Source of the DNA: an uncultured Candidatus Poseidoniales archaeon
GTDB taxonomy: Archaea; Thermoplasmatota; Poseidoniia; Poseidoniales; Poseidoniaceae
Reading direction: 5' to 3'
Length of the DNA stretch: 64,000 nucleotides
Assembly: GCA_905182125.1 (NCBI GenBank)
Contig: CAJJAV010000003.1
Location: forward strand, 62,069 to 126,068
Both the position numbers and the translations under genes were made by a program. Shown here piece by piece: positions 20,027 to 29,902 of this stretch. The notes below the pieces were generated by a model. It had not been told where the DNA came from, searched no databases, and saw nothing but the letters and a program-made list of their open reading frames with translations. The stretch's first letter is position 1. The number at the start of each line of letters is the position of its first letter.

Positions 20027-20165
20027 CACGGAACGGTGTATGGTTGACCTCAAACGGTAGAGAGCTCCAATTTAGACCAACCTTGTTTTAGGGGAGATGC
20101 CGGGACCGCGTCATGTACTGGTTGACTACAACATGGTGTTGTAAGCCTCCGTTCGAGGGATTTAC

Positions 20166-21512
20166 ATGACTGATTTTGAGACCTTAGGCCTTTCCAAACC
20201 GCTCCTACGGGCGATCGAAGAGCAAGGATACACAACGCCAACACCCGTGCAGGAACAATCAATCCCCCCATTGCTGGCCGGACGTGACGTCCTAGGTGTG
20301 GCACAAACGGGAACAGGAAAAACCGCTGCTTTTGCACTGCCCGTATTGCAAATCATGAGCAGAGACCCACCAAAGAGAAACCGAAAGATTCGCACATTAG
20401 TTCTCTCACCAACCAGAGAACTAGCAGCGCAAATCGATGAACGGTTTTCCGCTTACAGTGAACATTTGGACATCCGTCACAAAGTTATTTTTGGTGGTGT
20501 CAATCAAAATCCTCAGGTTCGGGCATTACAAAACGGACTCGATGTCTTGGTCGCAACACCAGGCCGACTCCTCGATCTCATCAACCAAGGTCATGTCGAC
20601 ATTGGTCATGTGGAATTCTTTGTGCTGGATGAAGCAGACAGAATGCTCGACATGGGGTTCATCAATGACATCAAGAAAGTCTTGAAGCTGTTGCCCAAAA
20701 AGCGACAAAACCTACTGTTCAGCGCAACCATGCCCTCTTCAATCGCCAATCTTGCTGGTTCCTTCCTAAGCAACGCCGTCAAGGTTGACATCACACCAAA
20801 AGAAGTCACTGTCGACCGAATTGAGCAGAAAATTATGTTCCTGCGTAAATCTGACAAGCGCCGGCTTCTTGTAAAGATTATCAAACAAGAACGGGTTGCT
20901 CGAGGCATTGTATTTACCCGAACCAAGCACGGTGCCAATCGCCTCGTGAAGCAACTCGATCAAAGTGGAATTTCAGCCGCCGCCATACACGGCAATAAAA
21001 GCCAAGGAGCCCGGACAAAAGCACTCGCTGGATTCAAGAACGGAAACATTCCCATCTTGGTTGCAACCGATATTGCCAGCCGTGGAATCGATGTCGAAGG
21101 TGTGACGCACGTGTTCAATTATGATTTGCCGAATGAGCCAGAAAGTTACGTCCATCGTATTGGCCGAACTGCGCGTGCAGGTCGAACAGGTATTGCCTAT
21201 GCCTTCTGTGATGATTCCGAATCGGGCTACTTAGTGGGCATCCAACAGTTAATTGGAAAAGAAATTCCTGTCGACGACTCCCATGAATTCCATTTCATTG
21301 GTGCAATTCCAAAACCAGGCCAAAAAGCTGGGAAGATCAAGGAACCCAAGGGTTCGAAGAAAAAGCAACCTCAGAGGAACAACTCCCATTCGGGTGGCGG
21401 AAGAAGCAGTGGGAACCGATCCTCTGGTGGTCGAAACACATCCAATCAATCTCGTAACAGCCGTCCAAGTGGCCAAAGTGGCTCCCGAAACCAACGACAG
21501 CGCGAGGATTGA
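20166..21512 (+). CDS. DEAD-box RNA helicase, bacterial RhlE-like
   Basis: Q motif, AQTGTGKT, PTRELA, TPGRL, DEAD, SAT and HRIGRTARAG motifs; basic Gly/Arg/Ser tail. Confidence 0.95.
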   Translation: MTDFETLGLSKPLLRAIEEQGYTTPTPVQEQSIPPLLAGRDVLGVAQTGTGKTAAFALPVLQIMSRDPPKRNRKIRTLVLSPTRELAAQIDERFSAYSEHLDIRHKVIFGGVNQNPQVRALQNGLDVLVATPGRLLDLINQGHVDIGHVEFFVLDEADRMLDMGFINDIKKVLKLLPKKRQNLLFSATMPSSIANLAGSFLSNAVKVDITPKEVTVDRIEQKIMFLRKSDKRRLLVKIIKQERVARGIVFTRTKHGANRLVKQLDQSGISAAAIHGNKSQGARTKALAGFKNGNIPILVATDIASRGIDVEGVTHVFNYDLPNEPESYVHRIGRTARAGRTGIAYAFCDDSESGYLVGIQQLIGKEIPVDDSHEFHFIGAIPKPGQKAGKIKEPKGSKKKQPQRNNSHSGGGRSSGNRSSGGRNTSNQSRNSRPSGQSGSRNQRQRED

Positions 21513-21642
21513 CCAAAAATCCCCAAACATCAATTGGTTTTTCAGTCAAATAGAAGTACCCGAGGTCTGACCTTTTCCCATGGAGCCACGACCGTCATAT
21601 CTGTCCCATTTCCCGTTGAAAACATCTCAACGACCAAAAGGA

Positions 21643-22095
21643 ATGATGGTGCCCTCAACAGCCATCAAAATTTGTATCCGAGAAAAGTACTTTGATTTCT
21701 CAAGCAGAGCATCTCGTTCTGAATTTTGGTTTTACACGGCTTTCTTTTCGATCTTCATGTCCTTGATGGGCTATTGTGTCCTTGAATTTGGTCCATTGCT
21801 TGGGACATGGACCATTCCTTTTTCCATGCTGAACAACCCATTGTTCAAAGTTCCAGACCTGGTATTGATTTGGCCTAACCTCTTCGATTGGCTGTACCTG
21901 ATTGTGAATCTGTTGCTCTCAATACCTCTTCTTTCAGCCCTAGTTCGCAGAATTCACGATGTTGGGAAATCAGGTTGGTGGCTCCTGATTGTACTGGTTC
22001 CAATTCTAGGGGCGATTTACCTACTCTACCTTTTCCAAAAAGACGGTGAAGCCGCAATCAACCGTTTCGGCGTTGTTCCAAACAACGATCGATGA
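21643..22095 (+). CDS. DUF805 membrane protein
   Basis: KYFDFSSRASRSEFW, RRIHDVGKSGWW and NRFG motifs; the start could also be 21580. Confidence 0.85.
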   Translation: MMVPSTAIKICIREKYFDFSSRASRSEFWFYTAFFSIFMSLMGYCVLEFGPLLGTWTIPFSMLNNPLFKVPDLVLIWPNLFDWLYLIVNLLLSIPLLSALVRRIHDVGKSGWWLLIVLVPILGAIYLLYLFQKDGEAAINRFGVVPNNDR

Positions 22096-22136
22096 ATCTT
22101 GATTCTAAATGAACCAACCAAAAATGGTGAATATGC

Positions 22137-22517
22137 TTGACTTTTAATTCAGAGTATGAGCCGTTCTTTCAACCCCCTGGCTGGGTCGTCGCACCCATCT
22201 GGGCAGTTCTCTACACCTGCATGGCTTTCAGTTTTAATTCGGTAGTGAATCAGCGAGACGAGTTGGAACATTTCAAGATCATCGTCGTCTTGTTTATCCT
22301 TCAACTTGCACTGAACCTTGCTTGGCCTTCGGTGTTCAATTCCGAACGTTATCTTCTCTCGTTGGTTATGCTTTTTCTCATGATCGCATGCACGTGTATC
22401 TACGCATACCTGATTTACAGACCTCTTCCTTCAGCTTCGATGTTGGTTTGGCCTTACATCGCTTGGATGAGTTTTGCAGCAGCCATCAATGCTGCGTACT
22501 ACCTCGAAGCAAATTAA
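22137..22517 (+). CDS. tspO: TspO/MBR family protein (short form, first TM helix absent)
   Basis: PPGWV.APIW..LY, QLALNLAW..VF and PYIAW.SFA..IN motifs; TTG start. Confidence 0.8.
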   Translation: MTFNSEYEPFFQPPGWVVAPIWAVLYTCMAFSFNSVVNQRDELEHFKIIVVLFILQLALNLAWPSVFNSERYLLSLVMLFLMIACTCIYAYLIYRPLPSASMLVWPYIAWMSFAAAINAAYYLEAN

Positions 22518-22742
22518 TTAGAATATTGGGCGCCGAAGCGACCTCAACCCTTGGAAGTGTAAACACCAATGAGAGTCGCACCAATTTACGAGGATAACAC
22601 TCATTACCGTCTGTGCATTTAAATTTCCGACTTATTTCTCTACCGCTTTGTGTTCAAAACACAAGTTCAACAACAAACCCCTTGCAATGGACCGTTTTTA
22701 ACTACGGGAATGTTGATATCCCCCCGTTGAAACCGCCACCTT

Positions 22743-24875
22743 ATGCCCCGAATCTACACCTTGTTTCTGCTTGCTCTACTATTGTTGATGCCCTTGAGTG
22801 GTTGCATTGGTGGCGACGATGCACCACCGGCTGACGACTCCACTCCGGTGGAAACGCTCTCAGACGACTGGATGGTATACAGTGTAGAAAATAGCAGCGA
22901 TTTGCCAGCATGCAACAGCGATACTCTTGGACGTTTGTACCACATACAAGCAGATGCGGCCTTCCAAGTATGCACAACGGCAGGCTGGTCGTTCATCGAC
23001 TTGATCGGACCTGTTGGTTCCGCAGGGCAAGACGGTGCAGCAGGTGCAGCAGGTGAAGACGGTGCAGCAGGTGAAGACGGTGCAGCAGGTGAAGACGGTA
23101 CAGCAGGTGAAGCCGGTGAAGACGGTGCAGCAGGTGAAGCCGGCACAGCAGGTGAAGATGGTGTCTCAGGTATGAGCGCACTCGCCAATGCCACTTCCTT
23201 TGCTGGTGCATTGCATGGCTGCGCTGAAGGTGGCGTCGTTATTGAAGTCGGCATGGATCTTAACCAGAACAGTGTACTTGACGCTAACGAAATCACCGAC
23301 CAATCGGCTGTGTGCAACGGTGTTGCGACCCAAACAACACCTCGTACCGATGCATGGCTTACCAAAGTCACAGTGGAACACTTTGTGGTCATGGACCGTA
23401 CACCGTACGCCACTTGCACCGAATACCGAACCATTCAGCAAGGGTTTGACAACAGCACATTCACAGGTTTGGCAGGCAATGGAATATTGGACATTGATGA
23501 AGTGGAAGTACAGACAGAAATGTGTGTCACCGTCAATTTACAAGAAAAAGTAAATGATTGGTTTGACTCAGAAAACTATCACGTAGGTCCGCATATCCTA
23601 ATGCAATCCGATACGTATGACCAAAATGGTTCGTTGTATCATTTCAACACTAAAACTGGCCTTAATACAACAATCCATTCTGCTTCGGAACAGCTTGGAC
23701 CTACAATCAACGAAGGAGTGTTCTATCTCGCAGACGAGAATGGTACGAGCCAATTGATGATGTACAATCTCTCTTCCAGGCAATCCGTTTCCATCGATGG
23801 TATCAACTCTGGAGGCGACGCATTCAATGGTGATACTACATTCGCCACAATAGGAACAAAGTTGTTTTTCAGTGCCGATGATGGCAACTACGGCGAAGAG
23901 TTGTGGATGTATGATTTGCAAATGAATATTACAGCCCGTGTTATGGATATCAATCCGGGTACCTACTCATCCAATCCTTCCGAGTTTGGAGTGGTCAATC
24001 AGACCTTGTTCTTCTCGGCAGAAACGGTGAATCACGGAACGGAGTTATGGTCTCACAACCCCGCAAATGCTTCCACATGGCGCGTCACCGATCTTAACCC
24101 GTTATCGGGTGACAGTTCGCCAGAGTGCCTTAACGTGCTGGATGGACATGTATTTTTCCTTGCAGACAATGGAGTGAATGGCAGGGAATTCTGGATACAC
24201 ACGCCTGCAAATGGTTCGACCAACATGATTGCAGACATCAACCCGGGAGCAGGTCATGCATGGAGTGGAAATGATTGCATGTACAACAATATTCAGCGGT
24301 ACCACGTCCACAAAACTGGATCGCATATTTTGTTCGCAGCCGATAACGGAACAGACGGCGGTGAATTACATGTTTACGATACCCTCACCGGCGTTTTAAC
24401 CGCCTATAACCTGAATACGAACACTGCGAACTATACAGAACAATGGGACCAGTCTGGCTGGTCTAACCCTCACAATTACCTCGAATTCGAGGGTGATGTT
24501 TATTTCGTTTCACAAACTTCGAATTACAATTCCAACTTTTACAAGTTTGATACCTCAACAAATTCTGTTTCGATAGCATTTGACGTGGAGAGTTATTGGA
24601 ACTCTACTCCACTAGATATGTACAGTACGTACGCTCAAGGTCTTTATGTTTACAACAACGAATTGGTGTTTTACCATTGGGCCGATTGCGTCCAATGCGC
24701 AGACACTTACTATGCCATGAATGTCATAAACGCAAACAATGAATTGATTGAACTTGGTTTTATCCTTGATACTTACTTCATCACTGATGCATACCACATT
24801 GACGGTCAGACGTACATTGTAACCAGCACAGGAATGTACCAGCATATCGAAACGACGCATACATTCGCTCTGTGA
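22743..24875 (+). CDS. surface lipoprotein with a collagen-like G-X-Y tract, Cys-bracketed acidic modules and an ELWxxDGT-like beta-propeller
   Basis: Lipobox-like LSGC; 19 GXY triplets; C..GG...G.D.N.N..LD..E modules; repeated F.A.....G.ELW....D.NP units. Confidence 0.75.
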   Translation: MPRIYTLFLLALLLLMPLSGCIGGDDAPPADDSTPVETLSDDWMVYSVENSSDLPACNSDTLGRLYHIQADAAFQVCTTAGWSFIDLIGPVGSAGQDGAAGAAGEDGAAGEDGAAGEDGTAGEAGEDGAAGEAGTAGEDGVSGMSALANATSFAGALHGCAEGGVVIEVGMDLNQNSVLDANEITDQSAVCNGVATQTTPRTDAWLTKVTVEHFVVMDRTPYATCTEYRTIQQGFDNSTFTGLAGNGILDIDEVEVQTEMCVTVNLQEKVNDWFDSENYHVGPHILMQSDTYDQNGSLYHFNTKTGLNTTIHSASEQLGPTINEGVFYLADENGTSQLMMYNLSSRQSVSIDGINSGGDAFNGDTTFATIGTKLFFSADDGNYGEELWMYDLQMNITARVMDINPGTYSSNPSEFGVVNQTLFFSAETVNHGTELWSHNPANASTWRVTDLNPLSGDSSPECLNVLDGHVFFLADNGVNGREFWIHTPANGSTNMIADINPGAGHAWSGNDCMYNNIQRYHVHKTGSHILFAADNGTDGGELHVYDTLTGVLTAYNLNTNTANYTEQWDQSGWSNPHNYLEFEGDVYFVSQTSNYNSNFYKFDTSTNSVSIAFDVESYWNSTPLDMYSTYAQGLYVYNNELVFYHWADCVQCADTYYAMNVINANNELIELGFILDTYFITDAYHIDGQTYIVTSTGMYQHIETTHTFAL
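23007..23177 (+). repeat. collagen-like coding tandem repeat (9/18-bp units such as GGTGAAGACGGTGCAGCA)
   Basis: Encodes GPV-GSA-GQD-GAA-GAA-GED...GVS-GMS, 19 uninterrupted triplets. Confidence 0.9.
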
Positions 24876-25139
24876 AACATTGATTTCAATAAGGCTGGTT
24901 CCGATTTAATCGTAATCGCCTTGAAGTGGCTGTCTGAAGACGGACAGATCATCATGGGCCAGTAGGGCTTATTATCATGAGCAAGTAGGGCTTCAAAATC
25001 GTGTATGTGGATGTTGTTGACGTGCATTTGATAGAACCTTACAAACATCAATCTGTTGTAGTTTAGTTGGATCCTTGTGATTTTGAACGGAAATCGGATG
25101 AATCCTAGTCTTCATTTACCCCAACCCGCTGGGTAGTCT

Positions 25140-27626
25140 ATGAACAAAGTCCTAGCGCTCGTTTTGACATTTTTAATGGCAACCGTTTCTTTAGCAGGAT
25201 GTATTGATTCTGGAGAGCCTGTAGAAGTGGAGGGCAAGTCCTACTACAACTACAGTAACGTTGTCATGGAGGTATCTCACGGGTCCGAACAGTATGAGTT
25301 TACAATCAAATTAAACCACTCTGCAGCACCTATGCACGCAGACAGTTTTGAGACGCATGTAGCCGAAGGAAATTATGATGGCTCAATTTTCCATCGGATC
25401 ATTTCCAATTTCATGATTCAAGGTGGAGATATTGAATCTATGAATGGAATGGGTGGCTATGCTGCCAATTGGTATGGGATTTGTAACGGAGTAGAAACGA
25501 CCATTGAAGAATGTCCGGAACAAAAAGATTGGAATATCCCTGATGAAGCCGATAACGGACTACTACACTTGCCTTGTACCATCTCAATGGCGAAAACAAG
25601 GGCGGCAAACACCGGCGGTTCACAATTCTTTATCATACCTGAAGACAGCGAGCCAAGCCATTTGGATGGAGATCATACTGTATTTGGTGAAATTATTGAT
25701 GGTTGCGAAGACGTGACTGAAATCTCCAAAATCCTAACTCCATCGAATGACAAACCTTCCACTGATGTGGTCATTCAGTCTGCATCTGTCTCCCCTCGTT
25801 ATCAAGAAGGGTTTTCGATTCCAACCGCCCCTGACCGTTGCGATATTATGTCGTATACAACTGAGTCGATGGAAAACGAAGGACGAATCTTAGATGGTAG
25901 GTATGGAGGTGGCCTGATGGATTTCTCAGATTGTGATTTTTCAAATTTTGATTTTTCATCAATGTCTTTTTATTCTGTAAACTTTGGCAACTCCACTTTC
26001 ACCAATGCATCGTTTACGGATTCCGTTTTCATGGGTGGCAACTTCGCTCAAGCGGATCTCAATGATGCGAACTTCACTCGAACATCCATCACCGATTTCC
26101 AGTTCTTTGAAGCGAATCTTATAACAGCGAATTTTGATTATGCTTCCATTTCTGAGTCTTGGTTTGAGGGAGTATCGTTCACCGGAGCCTCGTTTACAAA
26201 CACATCATTGCGAACAAGTTACGGTTGGGCAAGCGACTTCTCAGATGTTGATTTGTCAACAGTTGTGATGACCTCAGTTCAGTTCCATAGCCTCGCATCG
26301 TGCCCATCCGTACTCCCTACGGAATGGGTTTGTCTCAATCAAAACTTAATTGGGCCGGGGGCAAATCTCCGAAATGTTGACCTCTCAAATTTAGATTTTA
26401 GCGGTGTTAACCTTACTGGAGCAATCCTGGGTGGAGCGAATCTTTCAAATTCCTTGATGGCGAATGCGAACCTGACTGAAGTCTTAGGCTCGTTAATACT
26501 CTCATGTCCGCAATCGTTACCGGATGGTTGGAAATGTATCAATCGCAATTTAGTTGGTCCATCCGCAGTTTTGAAGTATGCGGACTTAAGCAATCAGGAC
26601 TTGTCTTCACTCAATCTCAAGGGAATCTCAATTGTCCTTTCCAATCTAACAGGCACCGACCTTTCAAATTCTGATTTATCAGATGCTTATTTTGGGGGTA
26701 ATTTGGTGGATAATTCTAGCTTTTTAAATTCTAATTTGACCGCGTTCAAATCGCAGCAACTGTTCGATTGCCCACTGCATTTGCCAGCAGATTGGACATG
26801 CCATCCGGAAGGTAATAACCACACAGTGCAAAGTTATGGTCAACCATTCAATCGGTTTGGCGATTACGAAACTGCTGCTACAAGACTCCTTGGTCCAAAT
26901 GCAACCATTTCTTACGTTGGCTATTACAATTCGCCAAATTTAGATTTTACAAACCTTAATCTTTCAGGAGCGAGCTTTGATAACAATGATTTTGAAGGTG
27001 TAAACTTCAATTTTACCAACCTTAACGATACAGTTTGGATAAATACGGTTTGTCCAAACGGGGTAAAATCAGCACACGCTGGCGACACATGCGTCAATGA
27101 CCTGGAAAAGAAATGCCCTCAAGTTACCGCACTCGCTTATGTTGAAAATGTGACGTCAAAGAATGTTTGTGCCATCGTTTTCGAGAGAGCGTTGGCATTT
27201 GATGGTGTTCGGTTCATTTACGATGATGGAACCTATCTGAGTACGGGACGAGACACCATCAACACATCAACCAATACCGTGTATTGGGAATTACCCTTGG
27301 GGCACGCTATTTCAAGTGTAAATTACACGATACACACACAATCTTTGTATGATGATTATGGCATAACGAGCAGTATCACTTCATTGACCATTACAACGTT
27401 TGAAATCAACGGGAATGGAACAGATGAATTCTTTACGCAGTCCGGAATGTATTCACAGTGGGATGCATATACAACACCGCACGAGTATGAAGGCGAGAGC
27501 GTCATGATCACCGGTTCATTTTCCCAGACTTCTGAAACGGATTGGTTGTATTTCTTCAAGTTTGCAGGGTCGGGCTGGGCGGACTACCAAGTTGTTGATG
27601 CTTACCATAACGAAGAGAACGTTTGA
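25140..27626 (+). CDS. lipoprotein: cyclophilin-type PPIase fused to pentapeptide repeats
   Basis: LAGC lipobox; FHRIISNFMIQGGD, ISMA, GSQFFI and HLDG.HTVFG cyclophilin motifs; many A(N/D)Lxx pentapeptides. Confidence 0.85.
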   Translation: MNKVLALVLTFLMATVSLAGCIDSGEPVEVEGKSYYNYSNVVMEVSHGSEQYEFTIKLNHSAAPMHADSFETHVAEGNYDGSIFHRIISNFMIQGGDIESMNGMGGYAANWYGICNGVETTIEECPEQKDWNIPDEADNGLLHLPCTISMAKTRAANTGGSQFFIIPEDSEPSHLDGDHTVFGEIIDGCEDVTEISKILTPSNDKPSTDVVIQSASVSPRYQEGFSIPTAPDRCDIMSYTTESMENEGRILDGRYGGGLMDFSDCDFSNFDFSSMSFYSVNFGNSTFTNASFTDSVFMGGNFAQADLNDANFTRTSITDFQFFEANLITANFDYASISESWFEGVSFTGASFTNTSLRTSYGWASDFSDVDLSTVVMTSVQFHSLASCPSVLPTEWVCLNQNLIGPGANLRNVDLSNLDFSGVNLTGAILGGANLSNSLMANANLTEVLGSLILSCPQSLPDGWKCINRNLVGPSAVLKYADLSNQDLSSLNLKGISIVLSNLTGTDLSNSDLSDAYFGGNLVDNSSFLNSNLTAFKSQQLFDCPLHLPADWTCHPEGNNHTVQSYGQPFNRFGDYETAATRLLGPNATISYVGYYNSPNLDFTNLNLSGASFDNNDFEGVNFNFTNLNDTVWINTVCPNGVKSAHAGDTCVNDLEKKCPQVTALAYVENVTSKNVCAIVFERALAFDGVRFIYDDGTYLSTGRDTINTSTNTVYWELPLGHAISSVNYTIHTQSLYDDYGITSSITSLTITTFEINGNGTDEFFTQSGMYSQWDAYTTPHEYEGESVMITGSFSQTSETDWLYFFKFAGSGWADYQVVDAYHNEENV

Positions 27627-27775
27627 GTTTGCTTGTTGATGTTAGATATCGATTTGGAATATACTGCACGGTGTGTTCTTGATTTACCTGAACCAATTTA
27701 CTGCTCAGAGGATAGTCACTGCGTTAGCCCTCAGCGCAGGCTTTCAATTGACGCTTGTGCGTCAGGAACCGTTTG

Positions 27776-28111
27776 TTAGCCGAAAAATCCGAGTATATGC
27801 GCTATGGATTCAATTGGACCCATTCCAATTGCCATAAAGAACAACCATAACAAAACTAAGAATCCCAAAACTGGCACTAGAATCGATGCAATGATAAATA
27901 CGAACACGAGCCACATTCCGATGCTCACGCCCAATGAAGCAGCGTCTAGAAGGGCAAGTGCGCTGGAAGGCTCATAATCATCAGGAAACGTTTGAACACC
28001 TTCTCCCGGAATATTTGTTGACTCAGTCTCTATTGGAATCCAATTTTGACCATCTTCGCTCAGTTTCAAACCCATTGCTGTTGCTCGAGCGAGAATAGAT
28101 TCACGATCCAA
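27776..28111 (-). CDS. small hypothetical membrane protein
   Basis: 111 aa with a hydrophobic C-terminal half; TTG start about 30 bp after a TTAAAT element. Confidence 0.55.
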   Translation of the reverse strand: MDRESILARATAMGLKLSEDGQNWIPIETESTNIPGEGVQTFPDDYEPSSALALLDAASLGVSIGMWLVFVFIIASILVPVLGFLVLLWLFFMAIGMGPIESIAHILGFFG

Positions 28112-28243
28112 AAGCGAGTTTCTTCCCGGGACCTTTGATGTGATTTAATCGCCTCAACGCTCAATCTGTACGATTCATCTTAGTATTGATGCCGGCAACC
28201 TTGTGCGTCCAAACCTTACGGGGTTCAGACTCTTTGACGAGGG

Positions 28244-28319
28244 TGGTGGACGTTGTGGGATTTGAACCCACGACATCTTGGTTGCAAACCAAGCACTCTT
28301 CCAACTGAGCTAAACGCCC
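28244..28319 (-). tRNA. tRNA-Ala(UGC) with encoded CCA
   Basis: The minus strand reads GGGCGTTTAGCTCAGTTGGAAGAGTGCTTGGTTTGCAACCAAGATGTCGTGGGTTCAAATCCCACAACGTCCACCA: anticodon TGC, G3:U70 identity pair, A73. Confidence 0.96.
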
Positions 28320-28381
28320 CTGTAAGCCAACGGTCGTGCCACTCCTTTTTGAGTGTTCACCCCAAAAGAGGATGAAAGGAC

Positions 28382-29689
28382 TCACGCATTTGTGAGGTCA
28401 ATCGTTGCATCACGGTCCGGGCCAACACCAACACTGGTGCAAGGCACGCCAACGAGCGCTTCGATCTTCTTGATGTACAATTGAGCAGATGAAGGGAGAG
28501 CGTTGAATCCAGTCCCCTCAGAGTTGGCCTTCTTGGCAATGGAGAGCCACTCTTCCAATGAATGGCCTGGGAAACCGGGCATGCTGATGTAAATTGGTTT
28601 GCAACGTCCAAGAGCAGTAGCACTTGCAGGCATCTCAAGGATTTCTTTTCCATCCAATTCGTAGGCTACACAAATCTTGATTTCTTCAAGACCTCCAAGC
28701 ACGTCGAGTTTGGTCAATGCTAAGCCGGTGAATCCATTGATCCGTTGAGCGTGTCGCATGACCACAGCATCAAACCAGCCACAGCGTCGCTTCCGCCCGG
28801 TGGTGGTACCAAATTCATGGCCGACGGTTCCAAGGTGATCGCCAGCAGCATCTTCCAGTTCAGTCGGCATCGAACCGTGGCCAACACGGGTAATGTAGGC
28901 CTTGGTGATTCCAATCACTTCACCAACATGACCAGGATGAATTCCTGCTCCGTGGCTTGCGTTTCCACGGGAGGTGACTGAAGAAGTGACGAAGGGGAAC
29001 GTACCCTGGTCGATATCGAGGAGGCACCCTTGTGCTCCTTCAAGGATGACGTGTTCGCCAAGTTTGAGGGCGTTGTCGAGCATCAAACCAGTGTTGGCTA
29101 TGCTGGTTGAGTAAGCGCTTCGAATCCAAGCAATGTCTTCAGCGAGTTGTTTTTCTGTGATTCGATCTTGACTTCCTGCTGCTTCCAAGCTTGCGTTCAT
29201 CCGAGCAACGGTCGATGAGGTCCAGGCTTCATCACCGTCGATTTCAGCAAGGTCGCCAAACCTCAGACCAATCCTGTTGATTTTATCTGCGTATGTTGGA
29301 CCGATGCCACGGCCAGTTGTTCCGATTTTCTTGTCCAGACCGTCCAGTAGGCAATGGTATGGAAGAATAATATGAGCACGCTCACTGATGAAGAGTCGGT
29401 CGCCTCTCGGGTCTTCTCCAGTGGTTTTGTTCCATCCGTTGAGTTCGGTATCGAGAACCCACGGATCGATGACCATGCCATCACCGAGAACCAAGTTGCA
29501 TTCCTTGCGGGTGATCCCTGATGGGAGAAGATGGAACTTCAGCACCTGTTCTCCAATGACGACTGTGTGCCCTGCATTGTTGCCACCTTGGAAGCGTGCG
29601 ACCCAACTTGCCTGCTCTGCAAGACGGTCCACCAACTTCCCTTTTCCTTCATCTCCCCATTGAGCACCAAGAATGACGGTTGCTGGCAT
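28382..29689 (-). CDS. purA: adenylosuccinate synthetase
   Basis: GAQWGDEGKGK, GGNNAGHT, GTTGRGIGP.Y.DK, EGAQG and TTTGRKRRCGW motifs. Confidence 0.97.
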   Translation of the reverse strand: MPATVILGAQWGDEGKGKLVDRLAEQASWVARFQGGNNAGHTVVIGEQVLKFHLLPSGITRKECNLVLGDGMVIDPWVLDTELNGWNKTTGEDPRGDRLFISERAHIILPYHCLLDGLDKKIGTTGRGIGPTYADKINRIGLRFGDLAEIDGDEAWTSSTVARMNASLEAAGSQDRITEKQLAEDIAWIRSAYSTSIANTGLMLDNALKLGEHVILEGAQGCLLDIDQGTFPFVTSSVTSRGNASHGAGIHPGHVGEVIGITKAYITRVGHGSMPTELEDAAGDHLGTVGHEFGTTTGRKRRCGWFDAVVMRHAQRINGFTGLALTKLDVLGGLEEIKICVAYELDGKEILEMPASATALGRCKPIYISMPGFPGHSLEEWLSIAKKANSEGTGFNALPSSAQLYIKKIEALVGVPCTSVGVGPDRDATIDLTNA

Positions 29690-29893
29690 ATGTTTCTCCC
29701 CGATTGGCTGGAACCGCGTACCGTCTTTGAACCCTCCCTTGATGCGGTGTTGTTTGAAATTCTAGATTGGACATATGGAAACAACCCTTTATATCAAGTT
29801 CAGCATGATTCCTGCTTACTGAGAGAGAACCCCAAACACACCGTCTATCCTACGAGGAGTGTGGCATTATCTGCCACACATACCCATACAGGG

Positions 29894-29902
29894 TTTTATA
29901 TA
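29894..29902 (+). promoter_or_regulatory. putative TATA box of tfb
   Basis: TTTTATATA 36 bp upstream of the ATG at 29939, followed by an AAGGAG SD-like sequence. Confidence 0.55.

Noticed and set aside
24806-25051. 81-aa minus-strand ORF between the two lipoproteins
   Set aside because: It has a TTG start, overlaps the upstream gene end and shows no recognisable motif; it could be a gene remnant but I cannot support that.
20030-28243. Integrated mobile element or provirus at tRNA-Ala
   Set aside because: No integrase, transposase or viral gene, and no duplicated tRNA 3' end found by eye; kept only as a variable region.
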